Of a stretch of 64,000 nucleotides of DNA, positions 1 to 11,029 are shown piece by piece; position 1 is the stretch's first letter; the number at the start of each line of letters is the position of its first letter. A program made the position numbers and the translations under genes. Where the stretch lies: the NCBI RefSeq assembly GCF_018350175.1, contig NC_058368.1:138510001-138574000 (forward strand). The letters run 5' to 3'. The notes below the pieces were generated by a model. The model did no database searches. It saw only the letters and a list, made by a program, of their open reading frames with translations, and was not told the origin of the DNA. The stretch is from Felis catus (lineage: Eukaryota).

Positions 1-879
1 ATCAGATCGGAACGATCTCAACGTTCCCTTCCAATGCAAACACTCTGTGGCTAACGCTTTTGGAGAGAAGAGATGGCCCCTTCTGATGACCCTAAGAGCT
101 TCTTAAATGAGAAGAGAATTTTCTTCCTTATAATTAAACAACATGGTGCAAGTTTTGACCCATCAGCAAGTGACAGTAGAGTCCCATTCTGGGCATCTTT
201 CGATCCTGAGGAAGTGCAAGGCAAGCAAGGAGAGAGTATCTCGACTGCGTCAGGGTTGAGCATCCCGTCATGGGTCCATCCCGACCCTCTTGTCTTTATC
301 CAGATGCTGTGGGTGGTGCTGCTTCCTGCAGAGCTTCCTGGCAGCTGTTGCTCTTGGAACCTTATGTCTGATGGTTGCCAAAGACAGCTCACGACACGGC
401 TGCCTGGCCTGGCGTTCAGCTTGAAGAGCTCTTTTCAGCAAAGGTCTCTCTGCATTCTCCTCTCAGGCAAATCTACAGCTGGCGTAGGTAGCCTCTAGCT
501 GCAGTATAATCACCCAACTGTTCTCCAAAAATGTCGGGGGCTCGGTTCCTCCCTCCTTAGCACAGATGCACACACCCTGACAATGGTTGTCTCTCAGAGC
601 CACTTGTAATGTGCCATTGTTTCTCTCAAATACATCTATGAGGGAGAAGCCCCGGAAAGTGATTTGTCAGCTTGGGTCTCTTGTCCCAGATGCTGCTTTT
701 CCGGTGTTCTGAGTTTCTGAGGGAGAAGTCGCTAGGTAATTCCAACAGAGGTTTTACAGCCTGGTCTTTATCCCCCATGGCCCCTCCAAAGGAAGATGCT
801 GGCCTCTCGACAGCCAGCAATCCCGTAAGCCAAATACTTGGCTCTTTGGACTGGAAATAACAGTTTCTGATGGGAAAAG

Positions 880-1066
880 GGAACGAGGATGGTAATAGTT
901 GTAAGAATACTATTGTTTGAGCATCTTATGCGTCAGTCATGCCTATCATTGTCACCATCGTAGAGATGAGCGAACTAGAGACGTGGAGAACTGCCTTGGT
1001 CGTGACCGCAAAGCTCTTAGGTGGCCAAACTGGAATTTAAATTAGGGTGAGTCTAGCTCAAAGGCC
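880..1066 (-). mobile_element. MIR SINE fragment
   Basis: Degenerate MIR-core-like text (tagagatgagcgaactagagac...cttggtcgtgaccgcaaag...ggccaaactggaatttaaa), recognised by eye. Confidence 0.55.
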
Positions 1067-1349
1067 AGGAGGTAAGGTACCAATGCTGGGGGCTGATGCT
1101 TACCGCGCAGACAGCCTCTGCAGCCCAGAGAGACAATGCAGAATCCTGCTTTACAGATAGTTGCCGTCCTCATACCGGATATGTGGGTATGCCCTGCCGT
1201 GTTTGTTCATACATACTTCCCTCTGGAAGTACTTCTCAAGCTCCTATTTGAGGTAGTTTGAAGTGTGGTAAACCCTGCCCAGTGCCGGAGAAGGAAAAGT
1301 CACCTGCCAATGAAGCTGCTGGTCTAACACTATAGAAAGGGCTCCTCCA

Positions 1350-1582
1350 GGGGCGCCTGGGTGGCGCAGTCGGTTAAGCGTCCGACTTCAGCCAGGTCAC
1401 GATCTCGCGGTCCGTGAGTTCGAGCCCCGCGTCGGGCTCTGGGCTGATGGCTCAGAGCCTGGAGCCTGTTTCCGATTCTGTGTCTCCCTCTCTCTCTGCC
1501 CCTCGCCCGTTCATGCTCTGTCTCTCTCTGTCCCAAAAATAAATAAATGTTGAAAAAAAATTTAAAAAAAAAAAAAAAAAAA
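1350..1582 (+). mobile_element. Young felid CAN-SINE (SINEC_Fc type)
   Basis: tRNA-like head GGGGCGCCTGGGTGGCGCAGTCGGTTAAGCG, (CT)n body, AATAAA and A tail; perfect 16-bp TSD AGAAAGGGCTCCTCCA at 1334-1349 and 1583-1598. Confidence 0.97.
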
Positions 1583-1764
1583 AGAAAGGGCTCCTCCATT
1601 ATCCAAAATGACCCCCACAACCAGCAGCAGAAAGAAACCTACAGGGTTAGGGCCAAGTGCCCCATAGAAGGATTAACCAGTGTTTCTTGGACCTCCTCGG
1701 GTCCAGCCTCTGCTTTCTCAGTTTAATATTTTTCCCTAGGCCTTCATAGTTTTCTTCACATAAC

Positions 1765-2265
1765 TTTTTATTGAAATAAAAAAATATATATGCCAACGTA
1801 CACGTATCCTAAGTATGCAACTTGAAGGCTCTTTGTTGTTGTCGTTAACAAACCGAACATTCTTGTCCTAGTCAGGATCCAGCCTGAGAACGGAACTTTA
1901 GTAGCACCCGAAACCCCTGTTTGTTCCCTATTCGCGGAGACTTCTGTCACCGTAAATCAGCCTTGGTTGGTTTGTACTTTTTGTGAGCACGCTGTGGGTG
2001 TATATAAGTAGACTAATATCTATGCGCTCAGTTTGGTCATAGCTCAGTTTATGGTCAGTTTATGCGTTCAGTTTATGGTCAGTTTCTCCTACTCAGTGTC
2101 ATGCGTGTGAGATTAACCCAGGGTGTTGTATGAAGTTGGAGATCATTAGTTCTCATTACTATCAAGCATTTTATTGTGTGAATATAACAATTTCTTTACC
2201 TATTCTTCAAATCCTGCGCACTGGGTTTTCCATTTGGGGGCTATTACGGGTAGTTATGTGCCTGA
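1765..2265 (-). mobile_element. Old L1 (L1M/L1ME-like) 3' UTR fragment
   Basis: tttttattgaaata start and the 'gagattaacccagggtgttgtatg...ttattgtgtgaatataacaatttctttacctattct' pattern typical of antisense L1M 3' ends. Confidence 0.6.
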
Positions 2266-3028
2266 ATTTTTAAAGAGTATTTTGTAAAGTCTCACCCTAG
2301 GTGCCACGGAAGTGGGATTTTGGAATGTGCACCCTTGTCCTCAGTTCAGCTTCCTGGATGCTTGGGGTTAGCAGGGGAAGTCAGTGAGCACTGGGAAGCC
2401 TGCTGTGCCACCTTTATTTCAGACAGCGACTGCATCAGCAATCCTAGGTGGGAAGGAATGTGGGTCAGCTCATGCCCTGAAATGCTACCAAAAAATATCG
2501 CGGGAGCCCAATGTCTTCTATTGACCAAGAATTCTGCTGGTCTCCATCCCACAGGGAAGACCATGTTACAACGAAAAGTCTTTGAGACAATTAGGAACAT
2601 TATAATTAATGGTCCAGGTCGCTCAAATTTCATGACCCAGTGGGGAGATGGGGATCTTGGGATCTGTAGATTACATTTTGAGGCAAAACTCTGTGACCAC
2701 AAATTCAGTGTTGTTCTCTGCAGTAAACATTTCAGGGAAGGCTTGGCTGTAGGCAACCTTGAATGGCCAGCGTTTCAAACGACATATTTTAAGGTATGGC
2801 ATAGCTTGCCAGTCAGAGCTATGTGAATCAACCATGTTCTAAAGGTCATTTGTCTTGGGGAAATATCCAGTTACATACTTGATTGTGTTTGGAAGCACGG
2901 AATGAAAAAGAAACAACAGAGCCAGAGAATCTGGGGATAGAGTATGGGGAGCAGCTCTGCAAAATAAGGCTCTGGGGTGCCCAATAACTCTTTGAATCAT
3001 GGACGCAACAATCTGAAACAGAAATACG

Positions 3029-3130
3029 TTATTTTATTTTATTTTATTTTATTTTATTTTATTTTATTTTATTTTATTTTATTTTATTTTATTTTATTTT
3101 ATTTTATTTTATTTTATTTTATTTTTATTT
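3029..3130. repeat. (TTTTA)n pentanucleotide microsatellite
   Basis: About 19 uninterrupted ATTTT units. Confidence 0.97.
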
Positions 3131-3173
3131 TCCTTTTTATTATATGAAATTTATTGTCAAATTAGTTTCCATT
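3030..3173 (-). mobile_element. Extremely 5'-truncated felid L1 3' end with (TTTTA)n-converted tail
   Basis: tatatgaaatttattgtcaaattagtttcc matches the reverse complement of the L1 end at 10117-10145; TSD AGAAAT(A/G)CGT at 3020-3029 and 3174-3183. Confidence 0.8.
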
Positions 3174-3289
3174 AGAAATGCGTATTTTAAATTACTGAAA
3201 TTTCTTAACTTTTCCTTAATTAACTTTTCCTTTCTTTCCTGGTCTCCACATGTTTTCACAAAAGTGATCATGGATAGAAGGTTTCTAAT

Positions 3290-3610
3290 GGCAATAAAAA
3301 TCTGTTTTCTCAATATTAACTAACATGATCATTTTAGAAAATTTGGAATGTATCAGCAATAAAATAGAAAAAAAAAACCCACCCATAATCCTATGATCCA
3401 CAGTCAGCCTCTGTTAAAATTTTGATGGACTTGGTTTCACATCTATAACTGAATTTAGACTGGATAAAGCAGTTTAAGTCTTCATTAAAATTTGCCTTTA
3501 TATTTGTGAATATATGACACATTAACTAATTAGACTTGAAAGTAGCATTTTTGTCTATCATATAGGTATGTCAAATTTATGTAACTTCTTCCCAATCCCA
3601 TATGACGGGT
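3290..3610 (-). mobile_element. Old L1ME-like fragment
   Basis: AT-rich 'acccataatcctatgatccacag...ctctgttaaaattttgatg' pattern typical of L1ME 3' ends. Confidence 0.4.
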
Positions 3611-4369
3611 GACAATATCACGTACATTTGTGCCCTCTGGGTTCTACTTTAACGGATTCTCCCCAAATCATAATTTAAGGATAGGAAAATCACTCCTGTT
3701 AGTATAGAATGTAGCTGTATACTTTCGTGCCTGTTTTCTCTGAGGGGGGTAGAATTGTCATCTGTGACCTTTTCATTAGCAAACGTGTCTGCTCACAATT
3801 GTGGTGAGAAGCCGTCTACTAGAGTTCTCAGTTAGAACGCCTGTGAACTTGCTGCCCGGAATCAAGATGTCAGCCATGAGCAGGGGTCAGAGTTGGGTAC
3901 TCTGAGGGACCAGCTGCAACACCTCGGTTATCCTGGCCACTCTCAAGCCTGAGCATCTCTCACAGGAGAGACCAAATGCCGCTGCATCCTGTGTGCAACT
4001 GACAGCGTGGCATAGAATGAAGGGGGCTAATGCATTACCTATAATCATACTATCATGTTATCATTGGCGCTTCTCTCCCCGAGCCAATTGCTCTTTGTCC
4101 TGACATCCAAAAGGTCCACTCGGTTCCCACCGTCCACAGACCAAACATGTGAAATGGGACCCCTGGCTTTGAGCTAGTTCCAGGGAGTCACAGGCAGGTT
4201 AGTGACCCAGCAGCTGCCTCTGACAGAGGAAGGAAACTCACGTCTCAGGAAGGTGGGATGGATCTCTGTCTAAGATGGAGAGGGGGCATGACGCAGCTCC
4301 AACCGCCTCATTCTAACTCACTGCCCACAATACACTCGTTCAGAGGGTATAGGCAAGTCCCAGTGAGAT

Positions 4370-4846
4370 CTGAATGACCCTGATGGCTCTATCTACGGGG
4401 AAATAGGTTCTCCTTGCATAAACGGGTTAGAAAAAAGCTTAGGGCAGAAAGCTGCCACCACAGGCAAAAACAATTGAGGATACCTAGTGAGATATTGTAC
4501 CGTTAGAGGTACCATCACGAGTAACTTGTTAAATCACCTGCAGGAAATTACCCTCTGCCTGGTGCCAGTGTACCTTGATCACAAACTCGACTTGCCCCCC
4601 CAGACCCTTTGCTTCCTACACACACACAAGTAAATGATTACTGTCTGATTGTTTCCTCCACATTCGTGTGTGTAAGGTCTTGTTTTTTTTTACATTCACC
4701 ACATGGGTAATATCTTGAAGAGCTCCATAAATGAAACCCGTATTCAGGGCTCTTGTCTCCTCCTGGACATTAGCCTCTCTCCTATTCAATTCTGTATCCG
4801 TCCTCTTGCTGGACAAGAGAGAACTCCAGACTCCTAGTCAGCAACG
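4370..4846 (+). mobile_element. ERV-type solo LTR (left boundary uncertain, possibly 4267)
   Basis: TATA-like ATAAA followed by 'acccgtattcagggctcttgtctcc', a pyrimidine-rich R/U5-like segment and a ...gtcagcaac(g/a) terminus. Confidence 0.5.
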
Positions 4847-6497
4847 TCTTTCCAGTGTTTTATAGGCTGTAGTCACTTCTGGGGAGAGCAGGAATTGGAA
4901 ATCACTTATTCTACACATATACCTAGCCACACCTCGGGCTTTAACCTCAGTCTGGCCATGATGCATATCCTTGACATGTGGACAGAGAGAGTGCAATAGG
5001 AGTTGAACTACTTTTCCAGCAGAAGCTTTTGGGGTCTCTCAGGTGTCTGCATCCTTCTCCTGGTGTGGCGAGCCAGATCACTTTGGTCCCAAGCTACTTG
5101 TTCCCTCTCGCTTCCTTTCCAGTGTCTCTGCTCAACCACGAGTGTTGGCCTCTTCTCGGCCTCCCCATAGGTTTGCTAATGTTTGTGCAGGAACATTCCT
5201 GCCACCTGGAGTCCTCTCTCTGCATTTTTCCTCTTTGTCTCATTTTGGTTCATAGCAGGGCGCCATAATTTTCTCCCTTTCTGTTAATAAAAATTAAGCA
5301 ATCAATTTCCTTCCCCTCCATTACACTTAATTCCCTCTGTAACTCAATTATTATTGCAACTCTGGCAAGTGCATTGGGAGGCAGATGGCAGGAAAGACGC
5401 GTTGTCAAAATAAAGGGCAGTGTTTGCAGAGGAACACTGTTTACATAAAGGTGATGACACTCTCTTTCCAAGGATAGATTATTTTTTCTAAAATCAAATT
5501 TATATAACTCTATTAATGTAATAAGTTTATGCAAGTGCTGTTAACATAAGCACATGCAACAAACTAGCAACCACTGAAAATACTTGGTATGTACTCTTTT
5601 CCCTTCTCTGGGGCTACAGGACATTAGAATAAACCTATGACTTTTTATTCTGAGAACAAAAAATACAACGAATGCACTGCCTTTTTGGAGTGTTAAAGTA
5701 TCTGGGTTGTAAAGGTGTTCCGGATTCTATGTATTGTATTTGTCACAGCGGAGAGCAAGACTGGCAAGCTGAAAGTGTGGTCCTTTGTAATGACGCTCGA
5801 GAAGACTTGTGGTGGCCAGGAATGTCCTAAGCATCCCAGCTCAAGTGCCAGCTCCAGCTCATTGATTGATCGATTGCTGATGCCTGCCTTCTCTGGGGTG
5901 GGGGGAGAGAGGAGACCAGAGAATAGGCATCTTTTATCAATTCCTGACTGCTGGGCATGCCCAGAAAGAGGGGAAGCAAGGTCGTTCTCAGGTAGTCCTG
6001 TCCTAAAGTGAGGCGCTGCTGGGTATTAGGTTTGGCTGTGAAACGGAGAGGCTGTTTTATACAAGCCAACTCTAAAACCAATCTTCTTATTTCATAATAA
6101 CCCTACATCTATCACAATTTCTTCCCTGTAAAAACGCTTCCATTTCTCCCTGCTCCTACCTCCCTGGGTCACTGCCTCTAGCAGCTTGTTTCTTCCAGAA
6201 AACAGGGGAGTCCCTGAACTACAGATCTCAGACCCAAGACCTAGTGGTGTGGAGAGCTGCCACCACTTCTCCCTGTACTCAAGAGAACCTGGACATCTGT
6301 GTCCCATTAATTCCCAGAGTGGCTATGAGCTTATCAGGACGCATGAGGCTGGAATGTCTGGCCAGGATTTTCCTTCTCCTAAAATAACTTGGATAAGAAT
6401 TGAATAAGTGATTGACGGACAGACATGTAAAAACAGTATATTTTCTTTGTTTCAGTATAGCAGGAAAACATATTTATTGTTGAAACCCCAGAAAACA

Positions 6498-6726
6498 GGG
6501 GCGCCTGGGTGGTGCAGTCGGTTAAGCATCCGACTTCAGCCAGGTCACGATCTCGCGGTCCGTGGGTTCAAGCCCCACGTCGGGCTCTGGGCTGATGGCT
6601 CAGATCCTGGAGCCTGTTTCCGATTCTGTGTCTCCCTCTCTCTCTGCCCCTCCCCCATTCATGCTCTGTCTCTCTCTGTCCCAAAAATAAATAAAAAACG
6701 TTGAAAAAAAAATTAAAAAAAAAAAA
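6498..6726 (+). mobile_element. Felid CAN-SINE
   Basis: Full SINEC_Fc structure; TSD GAAACCCCAGAAAACA at 6482-6497 and 6727-6742. Confidence 0.97.
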
Positions 6727-6742
6727 GAAACCCCAGAAAACA

Positions 6743-7190
6743 TAAGTAAGCATAATAAAGAAAATAAAATCACCTGTACTTTTGCTTCATGAAGCCAACA
6801 GTCATCAATCCTATATTGTATCTCAACAGTTTTTAATGTACAGAGATGCTCTTGAAAACAGAAGCAGCCATATAATTCCATTGTGACCTATTTTTTTCCT
6901 TTCATACTACATTGTTATTATACTCATTTTTAATAGCTACAAAGCACTCTGTTACATGGATATACCATGATGTATTTTAACCACTCTCCTATGGCTATAC
7001 ATTTAGAAGAAGAAGTGATCATACACAACACAACTGACTTTCCTGTTGGTATGACTTGACCTGTGTCTGTAATTGTTACCTTAAGACGTATTAGTAGAGG
7101 CGAACTACTGAGTCTGAGGTTATTCGGAGTTGTAAGGATTTTCTATTGCCAAACTAACTTCCCGAAGGGCTCTCGGATACTTTGTGAATT
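6743..7190 (-). mobile_element. Old L1ME-like fragment (host of the SINE at 6498)
   Basis: 'tcatttttaatagctacaaagcactctgttacatggatataccatgatgtattttaaccactctcctatgg' and 'ttctattgccaaactaacttcccgaaggg' are typical L1M 3' motifs. Confidence 0.6.
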
Positions 7191-7981
7191 CTAATTTTTC
7201 AGACCTGCAGAATGGGATTTTTATTTTCCGTCTGTGAAAAGGCACTCTGTGCGTATGTTTGGCACCTGTCCCATTCAACTCGGTGGCTGGACGTTGTAGG
7301 CACCGGCGTTCCTTAAGAGCAATCATAATTAGTACTCCTTTTAGTGCACCAATTTTTCAAGCTCACCAGTTATTTTGAAAAGTATTTCTCATTTATGTAA
7401 CTATTAATACCCTTAGCATTACAAGTCAGTGGCCCTAGGCTTGCAGTGGGATTCAGACGTCTGTTCGCCTCGATTCATTTTCATAATTTATTTGAAGAAT
7501 TTTACTCAATATTCATAAAACCAAATGTTCAAATAGTTTATTTGCCAGACCCTTATGGCCCTGTCATTGTATGCGAGGCCCTTGTGTCTGAGGCAGGACT
7601 GGCGGCCGCGCCCCAGCTCTGAGAGGCACAATACAGGTAACGTTCCTTTGGCTCCACTCCCAAAACCACAGCACACAGATGGTGGAGAACAAAAGGCCCG
7701 CGGGGCCCGCCATGTTTCAGCTGTCCCTCTAGCTTTCTCCCCAACCCTCCCGGGTCTCCTCCTTCCCCGCTCTCAACTCCCCTCCAGAGAGAGACCCTAC
7801 CGCTCTCACGGACAAAGGGCCATGCTCAAAACACCCCAAGTGTTGGTCCAATATGGTAAAGCTGAAAGGGGAGAGATTTATTGTCACTCAGTCCTCTCAT
7901 TAGACTTTGTCCTCACTCCCCTCTTTGAATGTCAGAGAAATAAAGTCCATCTAGGTGCCAACAAATCCTTCTGATAGAACG

Positions 7982-7995
7982 GTTGCCATAGCAAC
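7982..7995. promoter_or_regulatory. RFX X-box motif
   Basis: GTTGCCATAGCAAC, one base from the perfect palindrome GTTGCCATGGCAAC, in non-repetitive sequence. Motif only; function not shown. Confidence 0.5.
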
Positions 7996-9169
7996 TTTAT
8001 AGAGACAATTAAACAGCAAACCATTCAGTCAGAAGGTGTTGGCTCGGAAACTGCTCTGCGTGGCGCACCACCTTCCTTTGAAACTAGATTGTTCTCTGTG
8101 ACCCAGCATCTATTTTGCGTTACTGTGTTTAAGGCACAATCCTTTGTTAAGGTATTTGATTTACGATGGAATTAAGACTCCCACAGTGGGGAAGAAGGGG
8201 TGGGGTGGAGAATAGCTGAAAGACTGGAAAAATAGGACAAATATAGGAGGAAGATTTTTTAAAAGGGAGAAGGAAACGGGGAGGGGGGGAGGGAAGCTTA
8301 AATAGAAGCAATTCATTCAAAACCAGGTGCAGAAGAATAATGTCAATTCTGTGCTCCGTGAGATGGTAAAACAAAATCGGCTCTATCTAATGTATGGGCC
8401 GGTTTAAAACAAACCTCGTGTTATTATTAATATAATCCCTGCTTTGTAAGCCATGACATTTAACCGGGTAATTAAATAATAATTGATTAAGTCTGCAAGG
8501 CATAAAACCAGGCAGAAAGGCCCACTCCCCTGAGGTGATTTTTATCAAATATTGACTTACTCTTCAATATTAATGATGGGAATTTAATGTTATATTTTAT
8601 ATTTACATACTAACCTTGTTTGAAAGACCCTTTGTAATTTATAGGTTCTCAAGTTACACATGTGACTTGAATTAAAGCCCGAAGAAAAAATCCAGGGGAT
8701 AGGGAATGTGCAAATGTGGGGCGTGGGTGGGGGCACCAATCTCTCCCACAATTAGTCCTGCATCTGCTGGGGCCTCTCACCCACCGTGGTCTTCATAACT
8801 GTGTCATAAATACTCGGAATGTTCTTATTCTACAAAGACACATACTCCATGCTAGGCAGAAACGGAACTCCCTTGTTAAGCAAGCTCCTTTGCTTTTGTG
8901 GGAGGGCCAGAGAGAATATGGCGACCCAACCCCACTGGTGCGCTGGTAAATGGTTAACCATCAGCTCCCCAGAAAAAAATGCATGTGTGTGCGTACCTAG
9001 GTAAATTTATTCTGCACCTTGCTGACAAAAAGGATAGGTAGAGCATGATTTACCAAGAATGATAAATGTAAAACATCCTTTTTTTTTCTCCCTGAATTCC
9101 ACGAAGCCAATTTATTCTCACAGAATGCTTTTGTTATTCCGCTGAACTTTTGTATCTGTAGTCAAGCTA

Positions 9170-9657
9170 TGGTTGCAACCAATTTTCAATTGCTTGCAAT
9201 GAACGAATAATCGTTCCTGCACGAATGTGGACAGAGACCTTCCTTTCCATGGGGTATGAGGAAAGCGAAAGGAGAAAGACATACTGAACTTCGCTTTGGT
9301 CGGTGGTGTGGGAGCCTTCTTGGCTGAATTGTGGTTGCAACCAATTTTCAATTGCTTGCGATGAACGAATAATCGTTCCTGCACGAATGTGGACAGAAAC
9401 CTTCCTTTCCGTGGGGTATGAGGAAAGCGAAAGGAGAAAGACACACTGAACTTCGCTTTGGTCGGTGGTGTGGGAGCCTTCTTGGCTGAATTGTGGTTGC
9501 AACCAATTTTCAATTGCTTGCGATGAACGAATAATCGTTCCTGCACGAATGTGGACAGAGACCTTCCTTTCCGTGGGGTATGAGGAAAGCGAAAGGAGAA
9601 AGACACACTGACTTCGCTTTGGTCGGTGGTGTGGGAGCCTTCTTGGCTGAATTGTGG
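9170..9657. repeat. Tandem triplication of a 162-bp unit
   Basis: TGGTTGCAACCAATTTTCAATTGC starts at 9170, 9332 and 9494; the third copy is 161 bp (1-bp deletion); about 5 variable positions in total. Confidence 0.97.
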
Positions 9658-10010
9658 CTTGCCGGCCCTGGAGGAATATCCCCTCCATGTGTGCTACTCG
9701 CCACGTAAGGGCTACAGATACAACCCACTTTTCCACTGAATTTGCACGATTAACATTTTTCGGCACGTTTTCCATCTCATCACAATGAACGAAACGGTAT
9801 GTTAAGGTCTGATCCGCCGATTTGCACTTTTCCCTCTGAGCCTGGAGGCTTTGGAGCTACAACACGCCATGCCTGAACACGAGAGTTCAGAAGAGACGGG
9901 CGCTGGCGCTCCGCCGGTAGTATTTCCACCGTGCGGATACAGAAGCGTGAAATCACCTCAAGAACATAGATGACAGTCAGACATGGTGAATCAACTAGGA
10001 AACGATGACT

Positions 10011-10159
10011 GTTCTGAGAACAAACTGAGGGTTGAGGGGGGGTGGGGGGGAGGGGGGGGTGGGTGATGGGTATTGAAGGGGGCATCTTTTGGGATGAGCC
10101 CTGGGTGTTGTATAGAAACCAATGTGACAATAAATTTCATATATTAAAAAAAAAAAAAA
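10011..10159 (+). mobile_element. Young felid L1 3' UTR fragment
   Basis: gagaacaaactgagggttga, a G-rich tract, caataaatttcatatatt and poly-A; perfect 14-bp TSD AGGAAACGATGACT at 9997-10010 and 10160-10173. Confidence 0.92.
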
Positions 10160-11029
10160 AGGAAACGATGACTTTTGAGTGGGTATGTTTTCTTTGTTTT
10201 TAATATAACTCATTACTTAGTCATGTGTTTTTAGTAACGGCTCCGTTGAATGACTGTCTCACAATTTCTGATGATTCTGCGGTTGGCCTCTGGGAGCCGG
10301 TGTTCCCGGACCCCTCCCCTCTGCACTCGTCTCTACCTGCAGCTCGTATGGTGCGTCCTGCCCAAAGCGAGCATGCCATCAGCATCCTCTGCCACTGCTG
10401 ATCCTCTGGTGTCTTCCACCAGGAGGCACAGAAACCCCTTCCGGTGGTTGAGCTCTGCACCTTGTACCCGGAATGCCCAGCCAGTCCCTGGGGTGGGGCT
10501 CGGGGTAGCCTCTTGGCTGCGCCATGCGGCAGGTGCCTGGCTCTGCTCTGAACCTCCACCGCCTGCAAATACGCCTCCATGCAGCAAGCACCCCAATCCC
10601 CCCAGGCCTGCCCTGTCCCACTTCTCCTGCCCGATTCAAGAAGCTGATCTACGCTCCCTGGGCTACTTCCTACTGGTGTCGTCGGCCGTGTTCTCTCAAG
10701 AATTCAGGAATTGGGAACAATTATTTTCTTTCTCCTTGGCTCTCAAGGGTCATCCTCTACAAGGAGAAACGGAATGGAGTTTTGCATTCTCCGGGTTCCC
10801 TTCCAAGGCGTCCTCTACCTTGCCTGGGCCACCTGTTGTCACAGTGTCCCCCCAACCCCGTTTTCAATTTGGGATACACTGCTTAACCACTCCCAGATGA
10901 CATGAGAGACCTTTGACTCTCTTTAACATAACTAGCTCAGCTTTTTAGCAGGTATATAATTCAGTGATAAGTCCAAACTCCTTGCGTTTGTTTGTGTTAT
11001 AGGAGAAGAAAATGGCAGAAGACGTGTAT

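Larger units (their letters stand above)
8933..10302. mobile_element. Arthur1-like hAT-Tip100 DNA transposon fossil (internally deleted)
   Basis: Left end CACTGGTGCGCTGGTAAATGGTTAACCATCAGCTC resembles the recalled Arthur1 terminus CAGTGGTGTGCTGGTAAATGTTTAACAACCGGCTC; right 'ttggcctctgggagccggtg' resembles the other subterminus. Interrupted by an L1 tail and a tandem triplication. Confidence 0.65.

Noticed and set aside
51..498. Overlapping 113-aa and 141-aa ORFs at the window start
   Set aside because: No recognisable protein similarity or consistent exon boundaries.
1350..1430. tRNA genes at SINE heads
   Set aside because: These are A/B-box-bearing tRNA-derived SINE 5' regions followed by SINE body, tail and TSD.
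1330..1620. Recurrent ORFs such as 'GQRETEHERGRGRERGRHRIGNRLQALSHQPR' and 'GAPGWRSRLSVRLQPGHDLAVREFEP' throughout the window
   Set aside because: They are translations of CAN-SINE copies, not a gene family.
2320..2826. 168-aa and 136-aa antiparallel ORFs
   Set aside because: Non-ATG starts and no recognisable domain; compatible with chance ORFs.
9170..9657. CRISPR-like array
   Set aside because: The units are contiguous near-identical copies with no unique spacers, and the DNA is mammalian.
9118..9775. 162-aa and 202-aa ORFs with a 54-aa internal repeat read as a viral or novel repeat protein gene
   Set aside because: Their length is explained by the in-frame 162-bp triplication of transposon-derived DNA; no recognisable domain, splice structure or viral motif.
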